Positions 38,603-49,575 of a stretch of 64,000 nt of DNA are shown piece by piece; within the stretch, counting starts at the first letter, position 1, and each line of letters begins with the position of its first letter. The position numbers were made by a program, and so were the translations under genes. The notes beneath the pieces were generated by a model. The model ran no database searches, was not told where the DNA came from, and worked only from the letters and a program-made list of their open reading frames with translations. The DNA comes from a virus (lineage: Duplodnaviria; Caudoviricetes), in IMG/VR virus record IMGVR_UViG_3300021408_000001, positions 32,001-96,000 of that record; one strand, given 5' to 3'.

Positions 38603-39115
38603 TTACAATAGGCCATGCTCTTGCTTATATGCCCATGTATCCTTATATGCGTCATCGAATGTGGTACTCATAGTACTACTAGGGGTAGTACGTCTAGCAC
38701 TACTAGTACTGTACATACTATCAAATACAGCCTTATCTACTATCTCTATAGTAGTACCATACTTAGCCTCTAGTTCTGTATGTGGCATGGGGTTATCATT
38801 AATATCATCTATCATATACCCTATCTTGGTAGGCCCATATCTAGCCTGCCACCTAGCATTAACCCGTACATAGCAGGTACCGGTGTATAGCCATGCACCC
38901 ATGTCGTTAGGCCCATGCTTAGCGGCTATCTCCTCGCGTACCATTTCGCTATACCCACTGTACTCATCTACAACATGTTGCATACCCCTACGTATTAGTT
39001 CCGCCATAGATACGAATAGATCACCCATATCTACTAGTTCCCTAGCTTGGTCGTATAGCTCTTCCGATATCCATACATGTATTTGCTTGCTCTTATGCCT
39101 ATCCGTACTAGCCAT
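38603..39115 (-). CDS. Ribbon-helix-helix (CopG/Arc-like) DNA-binding protein
   Basis: KQIHVWISEELYDQARELV..GD.FVSMAELIRRGM; RBS GGAGG upstream. Confidence 0.65.
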   Translation of the reverse strand: MASTDRHKSKQIHVWISEELYDQARELVDMGDLFVSMAELIRRGMQHVVDEYSGYSEMVREEIAAKHGPNDMGAWLYTGTCYVRVNARWQARYGPTKIGYMIDDINDNPMPHTELEAKYGTTIEIVDKAVFDSMYSTSSARRTTPSSTMSTTFDDAYKDTWAYKQEHGLL

Positions 39116-39313
39116 ATGTACCCCTCCGTACCTTAGTTATAGGTGTAAGTTTGTATCCCACAATACGTATAATAGCCCTGACCAGGGGTTATATGGGCGT
39201 TATCTTAGCCCTAACGCATGCCCTAAGTTTCGCCCCCAAGGGGTTACCGGGGGTAAGAACACCCTTGTTTATACATATCATAGTGCTTATGAGCGCGGGT
39301 ACTCGGGTGCATG

Positions 39314-39322
39314 TTATCCACA
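39314..39322 (+). promoter_or_regulatory. DnaA box
   Basis: Perfect TTATCCACA near the skew switch; single copy. Confidence 0.35.
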
Positions 39323-39473
39323 CCGAAATGCGCGTGTGGGTATAGCATCCACTAACACAAGCCCCCCCCCCCCCTATACTTCGCTTTATACGTATATGGA
39401 AATTCGCCTCCTCCAATATGTATGTAACTTTATTGTACTAATTGAGGGGAGTTATAAGAAGAGAGTGGATGCA

Positions 39474-39538
39474 CAGACGTATGTTCGTACGAACATATGT
39501 TGGGGGTACAAATGTTCCCAAAATCGAACAAATGTTCG
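39474..39538. promoter_or_regulatory. Cluster of four LexA/SOS-box-like palindromes
   Basis: CAGACGTATGTTCG, CGAACATATGTTGG, GGTACAAATGTTCC and perfect CGAACAAATGTTCG (39525-39538). Confidence 0.55.
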
Positions 39539-39801
39539 CTCGTATAAAGTCGTTTCCTCGCATACCGTGCATCCCACTGATCTCGGTACATATGAGAGTT
39601 GCGTTCTAAGCCTCAGAATCCCCGCTTGGGTAGCGAGTCGCTCGGGAAGGGTTTCCTCCCCTCAGAACGTCGTTTGGGCGGCTCTCAGAGAACAGGGGTC
39701 ACTTCCCTCGCGTTCCCAGGACCCAATTCCGCCGAATCCGCAAGGGGGTCGCCAGCGGGGAAAGTTACCGGCGGTAGGTAAACACTGTTTACCTGGGCTC
39801 G

Positions 39802-39839
39802 AATCGGTCGGTAAATCGGTCGGTAAGTCGGCGGGTAAG
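39802..39839 (+). repeat. 12-bp tandem repeat x3 (iteron-like)
   Basis: AATCGGTCGGTA AATCGGTCGGTA AGTCGGCGGGTA. Confidence 0.6.
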
Positions 39840-40199
39840 CCCTAAGGCCCAGATTTGGGCACCCAAGAATCGGACTAAAGGCCAGGTCAGGACCTACAAA
39901 CCACGACTTAAAGCCAGGCCCAAACCAGCCGATTACGGACCCTAAATTTGGGAGCTGGCGCCGCGCGAAAGCCCAGCTCACGCCCAACCACCCACGGACT
40001 CACGCCCACAAGCCCCGGAGAGCCGCACCAGGAGTTGAGCGCGAGCTGGCGCCTGGAAAGCCAGGCCAGGGCGGCTACGGGCCGCACAGGGGCCTGTGCT
40101 GGCTTGCGCGGCCGAGTGCCAGCCACCAGGGCGCGCCCTGGGACGATAACAGTCGTTATGACTGTTACTTGGTGGGTGCAGGCGAGGCGTTGTTCGCAG

Positions 40200-41150
40200 T
40201 GACAAACAACAACCCACTAAGCCAGCACGGAATGCGAGCGATGGATGGCCTGTGCGCACGAAGACTGTTCGCGGACGCAAACAAGTGAGATAATGCGGAT
40301 TATTAAGCCAGTAGGGTTGCCAGGTACTAACGCGGTCTGTAAGTTGGTGGGTGCCCGAGCAGTACGAATCGGGCGCAGGCATGGCACTGGATCGGGTTAG
40401 TCGCTTTCCAGCTCCCAGCCGAAATCGGGCAAACAGCCTGCTAGCGGTGCGAACCGCGGGGCGGGCGAACGACCAGGGTGCGACCTGGTCAGTAAGCGGT
40501 TTAGCCCTAGCGCTAAGGCGATATCCCAACCGGATTACCGGTAATGCGGTTTCCAAGCGAGCACGTGATGGTGAGAGACGTGCGGTTGCGAATCCCCTAA
40601 CTTAGCAGCGCTTAAAGCTGAAACTCTCTATGGGAGTCCTACAAAGGTCCTGGTCACGGTACGTACCGTAGCTAAGCTAAGCGAACGGTCCAATGGGGTT
40701 AGGTATTAGTGCTAACCCGGGCGGAACAAGTAGTAAGGCGATGGGTAAATACAGTCAAACCAGAATCCGGGCACAGGGTAGGTCAATTAGAGAGTGTTGC
40801 TTAAACCCTTTCTTTCCCTAAAGGTGAGAATAACGGGGGATGGCATCGCCTAGGGGGTCACTTAGAAACCCGAACGGTGCCATCCCCTGCTCACTAACGA
40901 TTTGAATACGCACAAGGGGTAGCTAGTTGTACTCATTGAAACCGCTTATGCCTAATCGTGCATAGGTATGGAACGTGGGCACTAGCTACCCCCTGTGTTT
41001 ATTCAAGTCTAAGAGGCGGGTAGCACGTGAACGGTCACCTTAATAAGTGAAAGCTTGTGACCGAACACCTTAAAGTGCACAAACCCACTCTTGCTAGGCG
41101 TTAGCACTTACCGGTGAATAACAACCTGGTGGGTAGCTAGCGCCTAGCGG
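40200..41150 (+). ncRNA. Candidate long structured non-coding RNA / leader
   Basis: No credible ORF; many hairpins, several with GCGA-type loops (GACCAGG-GTGCGA-CCTGGTC, GCGGT-GCGA-ACCGC, GGGGATGGCATCG...CGGTGCCATCCCC). Confidence 0.4.
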
Positions 41151-41399
41151 CTATCGCAAAGCACAGGGGGAGACATGAATACACCAAACGAAAGCGCTTA
41201 TGACTTCTACTACGCACAAGCGATGATGGAAGGCGTGAATGCCAAAGAGGCAAGCGAGTACGCAATTCAGCGCGCCAGCAACCCAGGGCGTGACTTCTAC
41301 AGCCATATGTTGGCGCAGGCTCGTTAGTGATACTGAGACGTTAGGACTTAGGCCCTAACGTTGATTGTAATACTAACAATGGGAAAGGGAGCTAGTTAA

Positions 41400-41738
41400 A
41401 TGAATAAGTTCGGAATCAAGGTCATCGTGGGTCTGTTCATCTTCGTGATCGGTTACGGTGCTAACGCACTGGATACCGCGAACGCGACGAACACCCCTGT
41501 GAGCAAGAGCGTCAACCTGGTGGCCAATACCGATAACCCTGACGTAGTGGTTACGTGGGGTACTGGTAACGAGGACGAGGATAATCTAGTGATTACGGTT
41601 GACGGCGCGGAAGTGCTTCGCACCCACGTTGACCAGCTCGCTAGTGGTAAGCGTCTGGTCGTGGTTGATGCCGATTGGTTCAACGGTTACGTGACCTGGT
41701 ATGACGCCAACGGTGCAGAGTTCACCAAGAGCCGATAG
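41400..41738 (+). CDS. Secreted/membrane-anchored protein
   Basis: Signal peptide-like N-terminus; preceded by the cassette element and RBS. Confidence 0.65.
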   Translation: MNKFGIKVIVGLFIFVIGYGANALDTANATNTPVSKSVNLVANTDNPDVVVTWGTGNEDEDNLVITVDGAEVLRTHVDQLASGKRLVVVDADWFNGYVTWYDANGAEFTKSR

Positions 41739-41851
41739 CGGTTGCGGTTAGCCAACTACGGTTGGCTAACCAATTATCCTTATCGGATATGGGATTCTAG
41801 AGAGTTACTTTCGTAACTCTCTGGGTTGACCAATGGGAAAGGGAAGAAACA

Positions 41852-42124
41852 ATGCGCAAGGGTGGGGATTCCCGCGGTTCGTCCGCTAGCCGCCGTGCTC
41901 GCAAAGTTTGGATGTTAAATCACTTTGGCAATGGGCTTAACGTCAATTGCGTTCATTGTGGTAAGGAACTTGATTACACCACAGTGGAGAGTGATCGAAT
42001 CATTCCGGGTAACTTGGGTGGTTCTTATAGGCGAGACAATGTGCAACCCGCGTGCCGATGCTGCAACGCACGGCGCGCCGATGACATGAGCTGGACTTAC
42101 ACTCCAGTTATGGCAATGGCTTAG
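41852..42124 (+). CDS. HNH endonuclease-like protein
   Basis: CVHCG...DRIIPG..GGSY.RDNVQPAC..CN. Confidence 0.8.
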   Translation: MRKGGDSRGSSASRRARKVWMLNHFGNGLNVNCVHCGKELDYTTVESDRIIPGNLGGSYRRDNVQPACRCCNARRADDMSWTYTPVMAMA

Positions 42125-42457
42125 CACTTACTGAGTCGGGGTAATGCAAATTACCCCGACAATTGTAAATACTAAGTTAGGGAGAGGGATTATGGCTATC
42201 AAGCATACGCAACGTGGCATGGGTGGTGGTAAGACTCATGGTGTTGTTAGTGAAGCGCACCAAGTGTTGCATCATCGCAAGCGTGAGACGACCGAGCGCA
42301 TCATTTGGGCTAAGCGCGTCCTTTACCGTCACAAGGTGATTGGTTGGGACGACTTGACCCCAATCGAGCAAATGGGACTGACCAAGCACTAGTGATACTG
42401 AGAGCTAACGACATCGTCGTTAGTTCAATTGCATTACTAGAGATAGGGGAAAGGGAT

Positions 42458-42766
42458 ATGAGTGAGTATCGCACAGACGGTGCGGGCGCGGAAGCGCTTG
42501 CATTGCAACTAGACGCGGACGAACGTTTGCAACCTGGTGATGCCGGTTACTGGCAGCATTGGGGAGCACGTACGTTTGACGTCAAGGCTGGTGACATCAT
42601 CGCTACTCTTGATAATGGCGTCATCGTTCTAGACGAAATCGCTAGTGCTCGTGACAACACTGTTCAAATGGTCTACACCACGGTTAGTGGTAAGACGTTC
42701 TCGCTTGGACATTTGTTCAAAGGATTTCAAGTGTTCCGTTCGGGAACGCATAACACGCTCGCCTAG
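42458..42766 (+). CDS. Hypothetical protein (start corrected to the ATG after GGGAAAGGG)
   Basis: RBS position. Confidence 0.6.
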   Translation: MSEYRTDGAGAEALALQLDADERLQPGDAGYWQHWGARTFDVKAGDIIATLDNGVIVLDEIASARDNTVQMVYTTVSGKTFSLGHLFKGFQVFRSGTHNTLA

Positions 42767-43252
42767 TGGTACTGACCTAGTACTAGCAATAGTGCTAGGG
42801 ATTGCATTACTAGACAATGGGAAAGGGAAGACAACATGCGCACCTACACCACTACCGATTCCAGTGGTAACAAGGTCCGAGTCATGGCCGATTCGCAGGC
42901 TGCCGCGGCCGGTTGGGCAGAAGTTGAGCGCAAGCTTGCCGCGATGCGTGCCATCGCCTACAACCTGCGCGTTTGGTTCTAGTCGTTACTGACCTGGCAC
43001 TAGCAATAGTGCCAGGGATTGTAATTACTAGTAAATGGGAAAGGGATTATGACTACTTTCAATTTCAACCATGTTCCGACCGGTCAGAGTGGCAAGGTCA
43101 TGGCGCGTAACCACGTCGCCGCGGTCAAGATGGTCCGTGAGGCTTACGGACCTGGTGACGTTGAGATTCACGCGGTCTAGTCGCTACTGAGAGGTTAGGA
43201 CTTAGGTCCTAACCTCAATTGTAGTTACTGGTTAAGGGGAAAGGGATAGACA

Positions 43253-43642
43253 ATGCTGGACATTATGGGCAACGAATACGAGCAACTCCCGATGTTCATC
43301 AATCCCACTACCATCATCGATAAGACGATTGATGGTAGGTGGGATAGTATAGACCATGTCACAAGTGAAGATGCTTGGAATGGAAAGCTTCAGAATTCAC
43401 TGCGTGGTGGACATACCGGCTCGGACTTCAATAATATCACTAAGTGGCAAGCGTTCGGACCAATCACGCTGACAGTTCATCACGACAACGTGATTATGGG
43501 TAATGGTCATCACCGAGTCGCCATGAGCGCAAATCAGGGAATGCAATTGATTCCTTGCTTGTGGAGTCATACTTCCTTCGCGGAAGACGAGTACAAATCA
43601 AAGGAACGGGTACTAGGTTCCGAGGAAAGTGAGTATTACTAG
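43253..43642 (+). CDS. ParB/Srx-like N-terminal domain protein, paralogue of 54207-54557
   Basis: QLPMF N-terminus, PI.L, GNGHHR motif, IP..W. Confidence 0.6.
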   Translation: MLDIMGNEYEQLPMFINPTTIIDKTIDGRWDSIDHVTSEDAWNGKLQNSLRGGHTGSDFNNITKWQAFGPITLTVHHDNVIMGNGHHRVAMSANQGMQLIPCLWSHTSFAEDEYKSKERVLGSEESEYY

Positions 43643-43711
43643 CAACGGTTGACCACTGATTAGCAGTAGTCAGTGGGATTGCAGTTACTAGAACAGGGAA
43701 AGGGATAGCCA

Positions 43712-44023
43712 ATGGCAAAGCTAACCGCTAATGGCAAGCACAAGGTTGCTAGCGTGAGCTATACGACCAAGCCGCGGACGGAAATGCCCAATGGTGGCAG
43801 TGAGGAGCACTACACAACGTTTGCGCTTAGGAGCGATGGTGCAGTGCTGGAAGCGCATACGAGCGTCTATCGTCATAAGAGCGATGGTGGCAAGTACCCG
43901 CATCGTATGGGTGGCAATTACACCATCGTTGGCACCTTGCGTACTGGCCTACCGATCACGGAAGAGACCTTGCGCAACTTGCGAGTAGTCAAGGCCTACT
44001 CAAACAAGTACAACGAACGCTAG
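43712..44023 (+). CDS. Hypothetical protein
   Basis: Cassette element plus RBS. Confidence 0.6.
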   Translation: MAKLTANGKHKVASVSYTTKPRTEMPNGGSEEHYTTFALRSDGAVLEAHTSVYRHKSDGGKYPHRMGGNYTIVGTLRTGLPITEETLRNLRVVKAYSNKYNER

Positions 44024-44640
44024 TAGTACTGAGAGAGCACAAGCTAGCTTGTGCTCTTGATTGCATTACTAGAACAGGGAAAGGGATAGCTAATGGGATG
44101 GTATACACTCATTAGGGTCGTTCAACGCACCGTTTGGAACTATGTTCTCTTCGATAGCGACAATCTCGTTGTCGCTAGTGCTTTGCGAGCGTCGTGGTTA
44201 GCAGTATGATCGCGCACAGTGTGTTTGAAATCATAGGCGGCGGCGTCTTGGGTGTTACAACCCTAGCGTTCTTTGTATGGGTCGCATGGTTTCTTTGGTT
44301 AGCTAGTTAACTCTGAGAGTGCACTAGGTTTCCCTAGTGTGCTCGATTGAGCTAATTAGAAGGGAAAGGGATTATGGTAACACGTCGCAAGGATGGCACT
44401 GAGGTTAAGTCTGGTGACATCGTTGATGATTTCCGAGGCGCGCCCTGGGAATTCAAGCGTGCTGTTAGAGCACAAACTACCGCTAAGTCTGGCAAGGTGC
44501 TGGTTAGCGATGGGGCATGGGTGCAAGAGTTCTACGATTTAGTCTTTGACCTTACGGTCACGGATAGTTGATTCTGAGAGTGCTTAGCGAAAGCTGAGTG
44601 CTCGATTGAATTAACTGTTAAAGGGAAAGGGAAGGCGGCA

Positions 44641-45456
44641 ATGAGGAAGAAATTTGATTACAAATTTGAGTTTCGCCATTGTCCTCTTTGCCTTAGCGAT
44701 GACATAGAAGTTGTGTTTGGGCATGATTGCCCATATGACCCTAGTAAGCTTGATAACGGAGCTATGTTCCCTGGTGTCAATATTGATGCTAAGGAGCGTG
44801 GTAACGGTAGTGGCAAGGGGTCGGGCGGTAATAGCCCACCTAAGGCATCTCCTAAGCAAATCGCATATGCGATAGCGCTAGGGCTACCAGAACACATTGC
44901 TAACGCAATGACTGCCGCGAGTGCTAGGGATCATATTCCTAGGCTCTTGGAAGAGCGTAAGCGCAAGGGTGTTGATGCTCCTGTGAGTGGCGCTAGCCCT
45001 AAGCAGATTGACTTTATCACTAGTCTGCTTAGAGATAGGCCCGGGGCATGGGATGGTGACGTTAATACACTGTCTAGCAGTGATGCTAGTGCGCTTATCA
45101 AGCGCTTGCTCGCTACACCTAAGAGTCAAGCGCCTAAGGTGGCAACGGAAATCGTTACTGACGGTTTCTATGTGGATGACAGTGATGTCATTTACAAGGT
45201 GCAACGCGCTGTGCATGGTAGCGGGAATCTTTATGCTAAGGTTCTCGATACCGACACTGGCGTGTTTGAATATGCACAAGGTGCTATTCGCACGCTTGGT
45301 ACGATGGTGTCTAAGGGTACTGCTCACAAGCTCACGCTTGAAAGAGCTAAGGCTCTTGGTCACCTTTACGGGCGTTGCATCATTTGCGGTAAGACGCTTA
45401 CAGACGAAACGTCAATCGCTAACGGCATTGGGCCGGTGTGTGCAAAGCGTTTCTAG
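44641..45456 (+). CDS. Protein with ASPKQI repeats and C-terminal DUF6011-like Zn finger
   Basis: Two ASPKQI motifs; C-terminal CIICGKTLTDETSIANGIGPVC. Confidence 0.7.
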   Translation: MRKKFDYKFEFRHCPLCLSDDIEVVFGHDCPYDPSKLDNGAMFPGVNIDAKERGNGSGKGSGGNSPPKASPKQIAYAIALGLPEHIANAMTAASARDHIPRLLEERKRKGVDAPVSGASPKQIDFITSLLRDRPGAWDGDVNTLSSSDASALIKRLLATPKSQAPKVATEIVTDGFYVDDSDVIYKVQRAVHGSGNLYAKVLDTDTGVFEYAQGAIRTLGTMVSKGTAHKLTLERAKALGHLYGRCIICGKTLTDETSIANGIGPVCAKRF

Positions 45457-45525
45457 TTGATACTGCGGGGTAGCTAGTGATAGTTGCCCCAATTGAATTA
45501 ACTAGTAAGGGAAAGGGAAGAGCAA

Positions 45526-48500
45526 ATGGCATTCAAGCGCCATATTTGGCCTATGCGTGCTAACGAAGTGCGTGAGGATGACTACCTAATCCTTTGGTTG
45601 GATTACGCTTCAACGATGGTCATGCGTGTTGATGTTATCATTAGTCGTCGGCCGGGTGATTACAAGTTCAGTGGTGATATTCGTTGGAATTATCACGATG
45701 GTTCTAGTCGAGTGTTAAATGGTTGGTCGCCCTGGTATGAGCACACCCAGTGGATACAAGTTGCTCGTTATCAGTAGCTACTGAGGATAGACGATAAGTC
45801 GTCTATCCAATTGTAGTTATTGGATTAGGGAAAGGGAAGAGCAAATGGCTAAGGTCAATTCTAGGCTAAAGCCTAAGACTATCAAGGGTAGAGTGTTTAC
45901 GTCATTGGTGACGTTCTCTGATGACAACGAACACGTTGCACTTGAGGCTTACGACGATAACGGTCGTCGTCATTTCGTCAAGTTCACGCCAACTGAACTA
46001 GTCAAGCTACACGGTGTGCTAGAGACCGTTGCGCAACGCGGCTGGTTCAAGGAAATGTTGTCAAAGGAAACCAGCGATTCGGTTTAGTGGTTCTGACCTA
46101 GCACTATAGATAGTGCTAGGAATTGAATTACTAAATAGGGAAAGGGAAGAGCAATGGGTTTCTTTGAGGGTAAGTTCAAGATCACGCATCATAAGCGTGA
46201 TCGGGAAGTAAGCGTACGTATGGATTTGCGCACGCTGGAAGACCTTTATCACCAGCTCGTTCATGCTGAGATCAATTGGGAGCAGCAAGTACTCACCAAT
46301 GGTGAGTACGTCAACGAATCCCGAGAGATTCTTGCTGAGGTTAAGAACTACCGCAAGGAGCTACGTGAGGCTTATGCCAAAGCTACTGGCCGCGAGGTTT
46401 AGTTAGCAACGGTTGACCTAGTGCTAGCGATAGCACTAGGGATTGTCGTTACTAATCAATGGGAAAGGGATTAATGATGACTCAGTACCGTTGCCCGAAT
46501 TGTGGGCACACTGAAAGTCAGTTCTTCGCCAACATCGAAGTTTGGCATGCATGCCCTAAGACAATGGGTCATGCTGCTGTGAGGCTTAAGGTCGTTAGCC
46601 CTGTCAAAGAGGCTAACCGAGTGCGTGACCTGTTGAAGTTGTAGTTGCTGAGAGCACAGGAGATCGCTCTCCTGTGCTCAATTGCAATATCAACATGGGA
46701 GTCTAGGGACGTTACGAAAGTAACTCTCTAGGTTGACCCTAAATGGGAAAGGGAATAACAATGGATTGCTTCGATTATCCGCTTAGTGATGATGAAATCG
46801 ACCGCGATGCATGGGATACCGACAACTACGATGGTGACGCTTTCTATGAGCGTCGTCCGTCCCAGCGTGGTAGTACTATCGACGCTGTTCTCGCTTCCTA
46901 GTCGCTACTGAGGGCTAAGGACTACGGTCCTTAGTCCAATTGTAGTTACTAAGGTGAAGGGTAGAATGATGCTCACTAAGGAAAGCGGTTGCAAGCATTG
47001 TGGTAAGCAAATTGCCCGCAATGCTGATGGTGTATGGGTGACTATTATTATTCAAGACGCCGAGTGCGTATGGAATTTCGCGGATTTGGTACATGTGCCA
47101 GCCTATGGCAATTGGAGCTAGCAACGATTGAGGGTAGCCAATAACTATATTGGCTACCCGATTGTCGTTACTAAATAGGGAAAGGGATTGCAATGGAAAT
47201 CTTTAGTCTTGTGCTCGTTGAGGTTTCTCGTCCGCGTGGTGGTAGCAAGTGGGCGCGGTTCCTGCGCTCGTTGGTGCGCTAGTCATGGATGATAACAAGC
47301 TTTGGGTTGACGCCTACCAGATTGCTTACATTGGTGGGAGCAATAAGCGAGCAATCGCTAATGCACTCATCAATTACACCAAGCAATTAGGTAGCAAGCA
47401 TGTCGCGGTTCGTGCTATCGCTGGTCACCTACTGTACCTTTACGGGTACGATTTGGGTCCGGAGATCACGGACCTTAACAAGGTGCTTGCTAAGGCTGTT
47501 GAACTTGGTATTGCCTAGTGCAAGCTGAGAGCACAGGGGAGTGATCCCCTGTGCTCGATTGTTAGTACTAGACAGGGGAAGGGAAGAGCAATGGCAAGAA
47601 TCACAAACAAAGAAGTGATGCGCGAGCGTTATAACAACGCTTGGTATTACGCTCTTGGTCGACTGACGGAACGCGGATTCGGTAATAGCGGTAGCGTTGA
47701 TGATTTCGTTGACTATCTTCGTGCTCTTGACGATTACGAAGTTATGAGCAAGTCTCTTGCTCAACACTTTGAGAATTGGAGTCATTGATGGCGGCTATTG
47801 ACGTACTGCGCGAGCGACTGGAAGAACAACGAAATTGGACGTCGGTAGTGTTTCCCTCTGGTGATTACGTCTACGAAGAGGGTAAGGCAGAAGGCATGCG
47901 CATTGCACTTAAGTTGATGGAAGAGGCTGAGAATGCGGTTTGAAGATCCTAGTTGGGCTGAAATACAGCGTGTCAGAGAGCGTGAGGCTGCTTATAGGGA
48001 TAAGGCACTTCCTGTTGTAAGCAAGCTCGATACGACGCTTAGTAACTACCGCAAGGGTACGCTTACCTTTGGCGAGTTGCTCCTTAGCGTCAATAACTCT
48101 CTACACCAGCTAGATCAAATCTAGTCGTTACTGACCTAGCACTAGAGATAGTGCTAGGGACTGTAATTACTGGTAAGGGAAAGGGAGAAAGCAATGGCAC
48201 ATAGAAAGACAATCCATGTCGCTCGCGTCAGGGAGTTGGGCAATACGTACTTGAGATTGTCCAGTACTGGCGATAAGGAAGGCCGCTACGGAGTTGTTGG
48301 TTTACTTGAGCAAGTGCTCATGGAGACTGACAACTACCACGGATTTAATTATCTGGATTCGGAATTTGTCGCTGATCCCAGCGAAGTTGATCCGAATGCA
48401 AGGTCGCTCCGCGACGACTACGACGATAGCCGTAGGAAGTACTACTAATGCCTACTGACGAATTTGGCGAGCCTCTGGAATGCCTTAACGGTCCGGAGGA

Positions 48501-48939
48501 TTGCGTAGGCCCTGTGGACTATCGGCTAGCTCCTGGTGGTAAGGCGTGGCCACGTTGTGAGTACCACGCTAATAAGCGCTGGGACGACTACGACGATGAG
48601 AATAGCGTTGAGCGCTATGCGGATAGCGACGCTGTTCCCGAGTGGTTTGATCCGTCCTACGCTGGTGAAAGTTGGGATGATTAGTCGTTACTGAGAGCGT
48701 AGGGCTTAGGTCCTACGCTTGATTGTAGTTACTAAATGGGAAAGGGAAGAGCAATGCTTGTGCCGGATGATAATATCATGGCTGACGATCACACATTCAG
48801 TACCGTTGCTATGTGGTATAACGAATCTGTTGATGTGTTGCAGCGAGTTGGTAATAGTTACCTTATTCGTAGGCCTTCTGGTATCACTATCACAGTGAGC
48901 CAGCGTGAACTTAGTGGTATTCGTCACACTTCACGTTAA
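45526..48939 (+). CDS. Run of small hypothetical early-type genes (45526-45777, 45845-46087, 46154-46402, 46459-46644, 47249-47518, 47591-47788, 47933-48124, 48194-48448, 48448-48684, 48736-48939 plus <60-aa ORFs)
   Basis: Most start just after GGGAAAGGG and end at a TAG that opens the next hairpin element. Confidence 0.6.
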
Positions 48940-49057
48940 CAAGTAGCTGAGAGCACAGGACGTTAGATTTACTAACCACTGAGATACTGTTTGGTGGTAG
49001 ACAATGTCCTGTGCTCAATTGCTAGTTGTTAGTGCAAATTGGGAAAGGGAGAAGCAA

Positions 49058-49504
49058 ATGAATGTGTTCAAGCTGATTAATGCAATCAACGATGTCGTTG
49101 CATTCAAGCCTGGGTACAAGCTGAGTGCCATTGATTGGAGTCGTCGTCACGCTGGGTCAATTCTTGTGCGAGTTACGTACAGGACCTTTGACTACAGCGC
49201 GGCATACGCTCCCAACTACGGTAACTTTACCGAGTTGGAAATTTCGTGGTACTTCTGCATTGTTCCCGAGCACTACGACAACGAGCGTGGTTTCTGGCGA
49301 GGGTTCTTCGATAATCTCATGAGACTAGAGACTCATGAGAACCGTGAGGCTTTCCGTATCTTCAATCCTGATACGGATAAGTGGGAGGGGCCATTTAACC
49401 CCCATGAGCCGAGTGGGCAGAAGAGCTTTGGCAGCATCGCTGAGGATATCCAGTTCGGCGATCTTGTCATCAACCCGGAAGACGTTGAGGTTCTGTTCGA
49501 CTAG
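49058..49504 (+). CDS. Hypothetical protein (HExRE motif)
   Basis: Start set by RBS; ETHENREAF...PF.PH. Confidence 0.6.
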   Translation: MNVFKLINAINDVVAFKPGYKLSAIDWSRRHAGSILVRVTYRTFDYSAAYAPNYGNFTELEISWYFCIVPEHYDNERGFWRGFFDNLMRLETHENREAFRIFNPDTDKWEGPFNPHEPSGQKSFGSIAEDIQFGDLVINPEDVEVLFD

Positions 49505-49575
49505 TGCTAGCTGAGAGTAGCCAACAGTGTTGGCTACTCGATTGTTAGTATTGGTACGGGGAAAGGGAGAAAGCA

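Noticed and set aside
38883-40605. Long ORFs 38883-39845 (+), 39978-40556 (-) and neighbours
   Set aside because: They overlap the RHH gene, a poly-C run and operator-like repeats, have atypical composition and no RBS; likely non-coding.
40250-40900. Group II intron or tmRNA
   Set aside because: A GTGCG is present but I see no domain V, no RT ORF, and no tRNA-like ends or tag frame.
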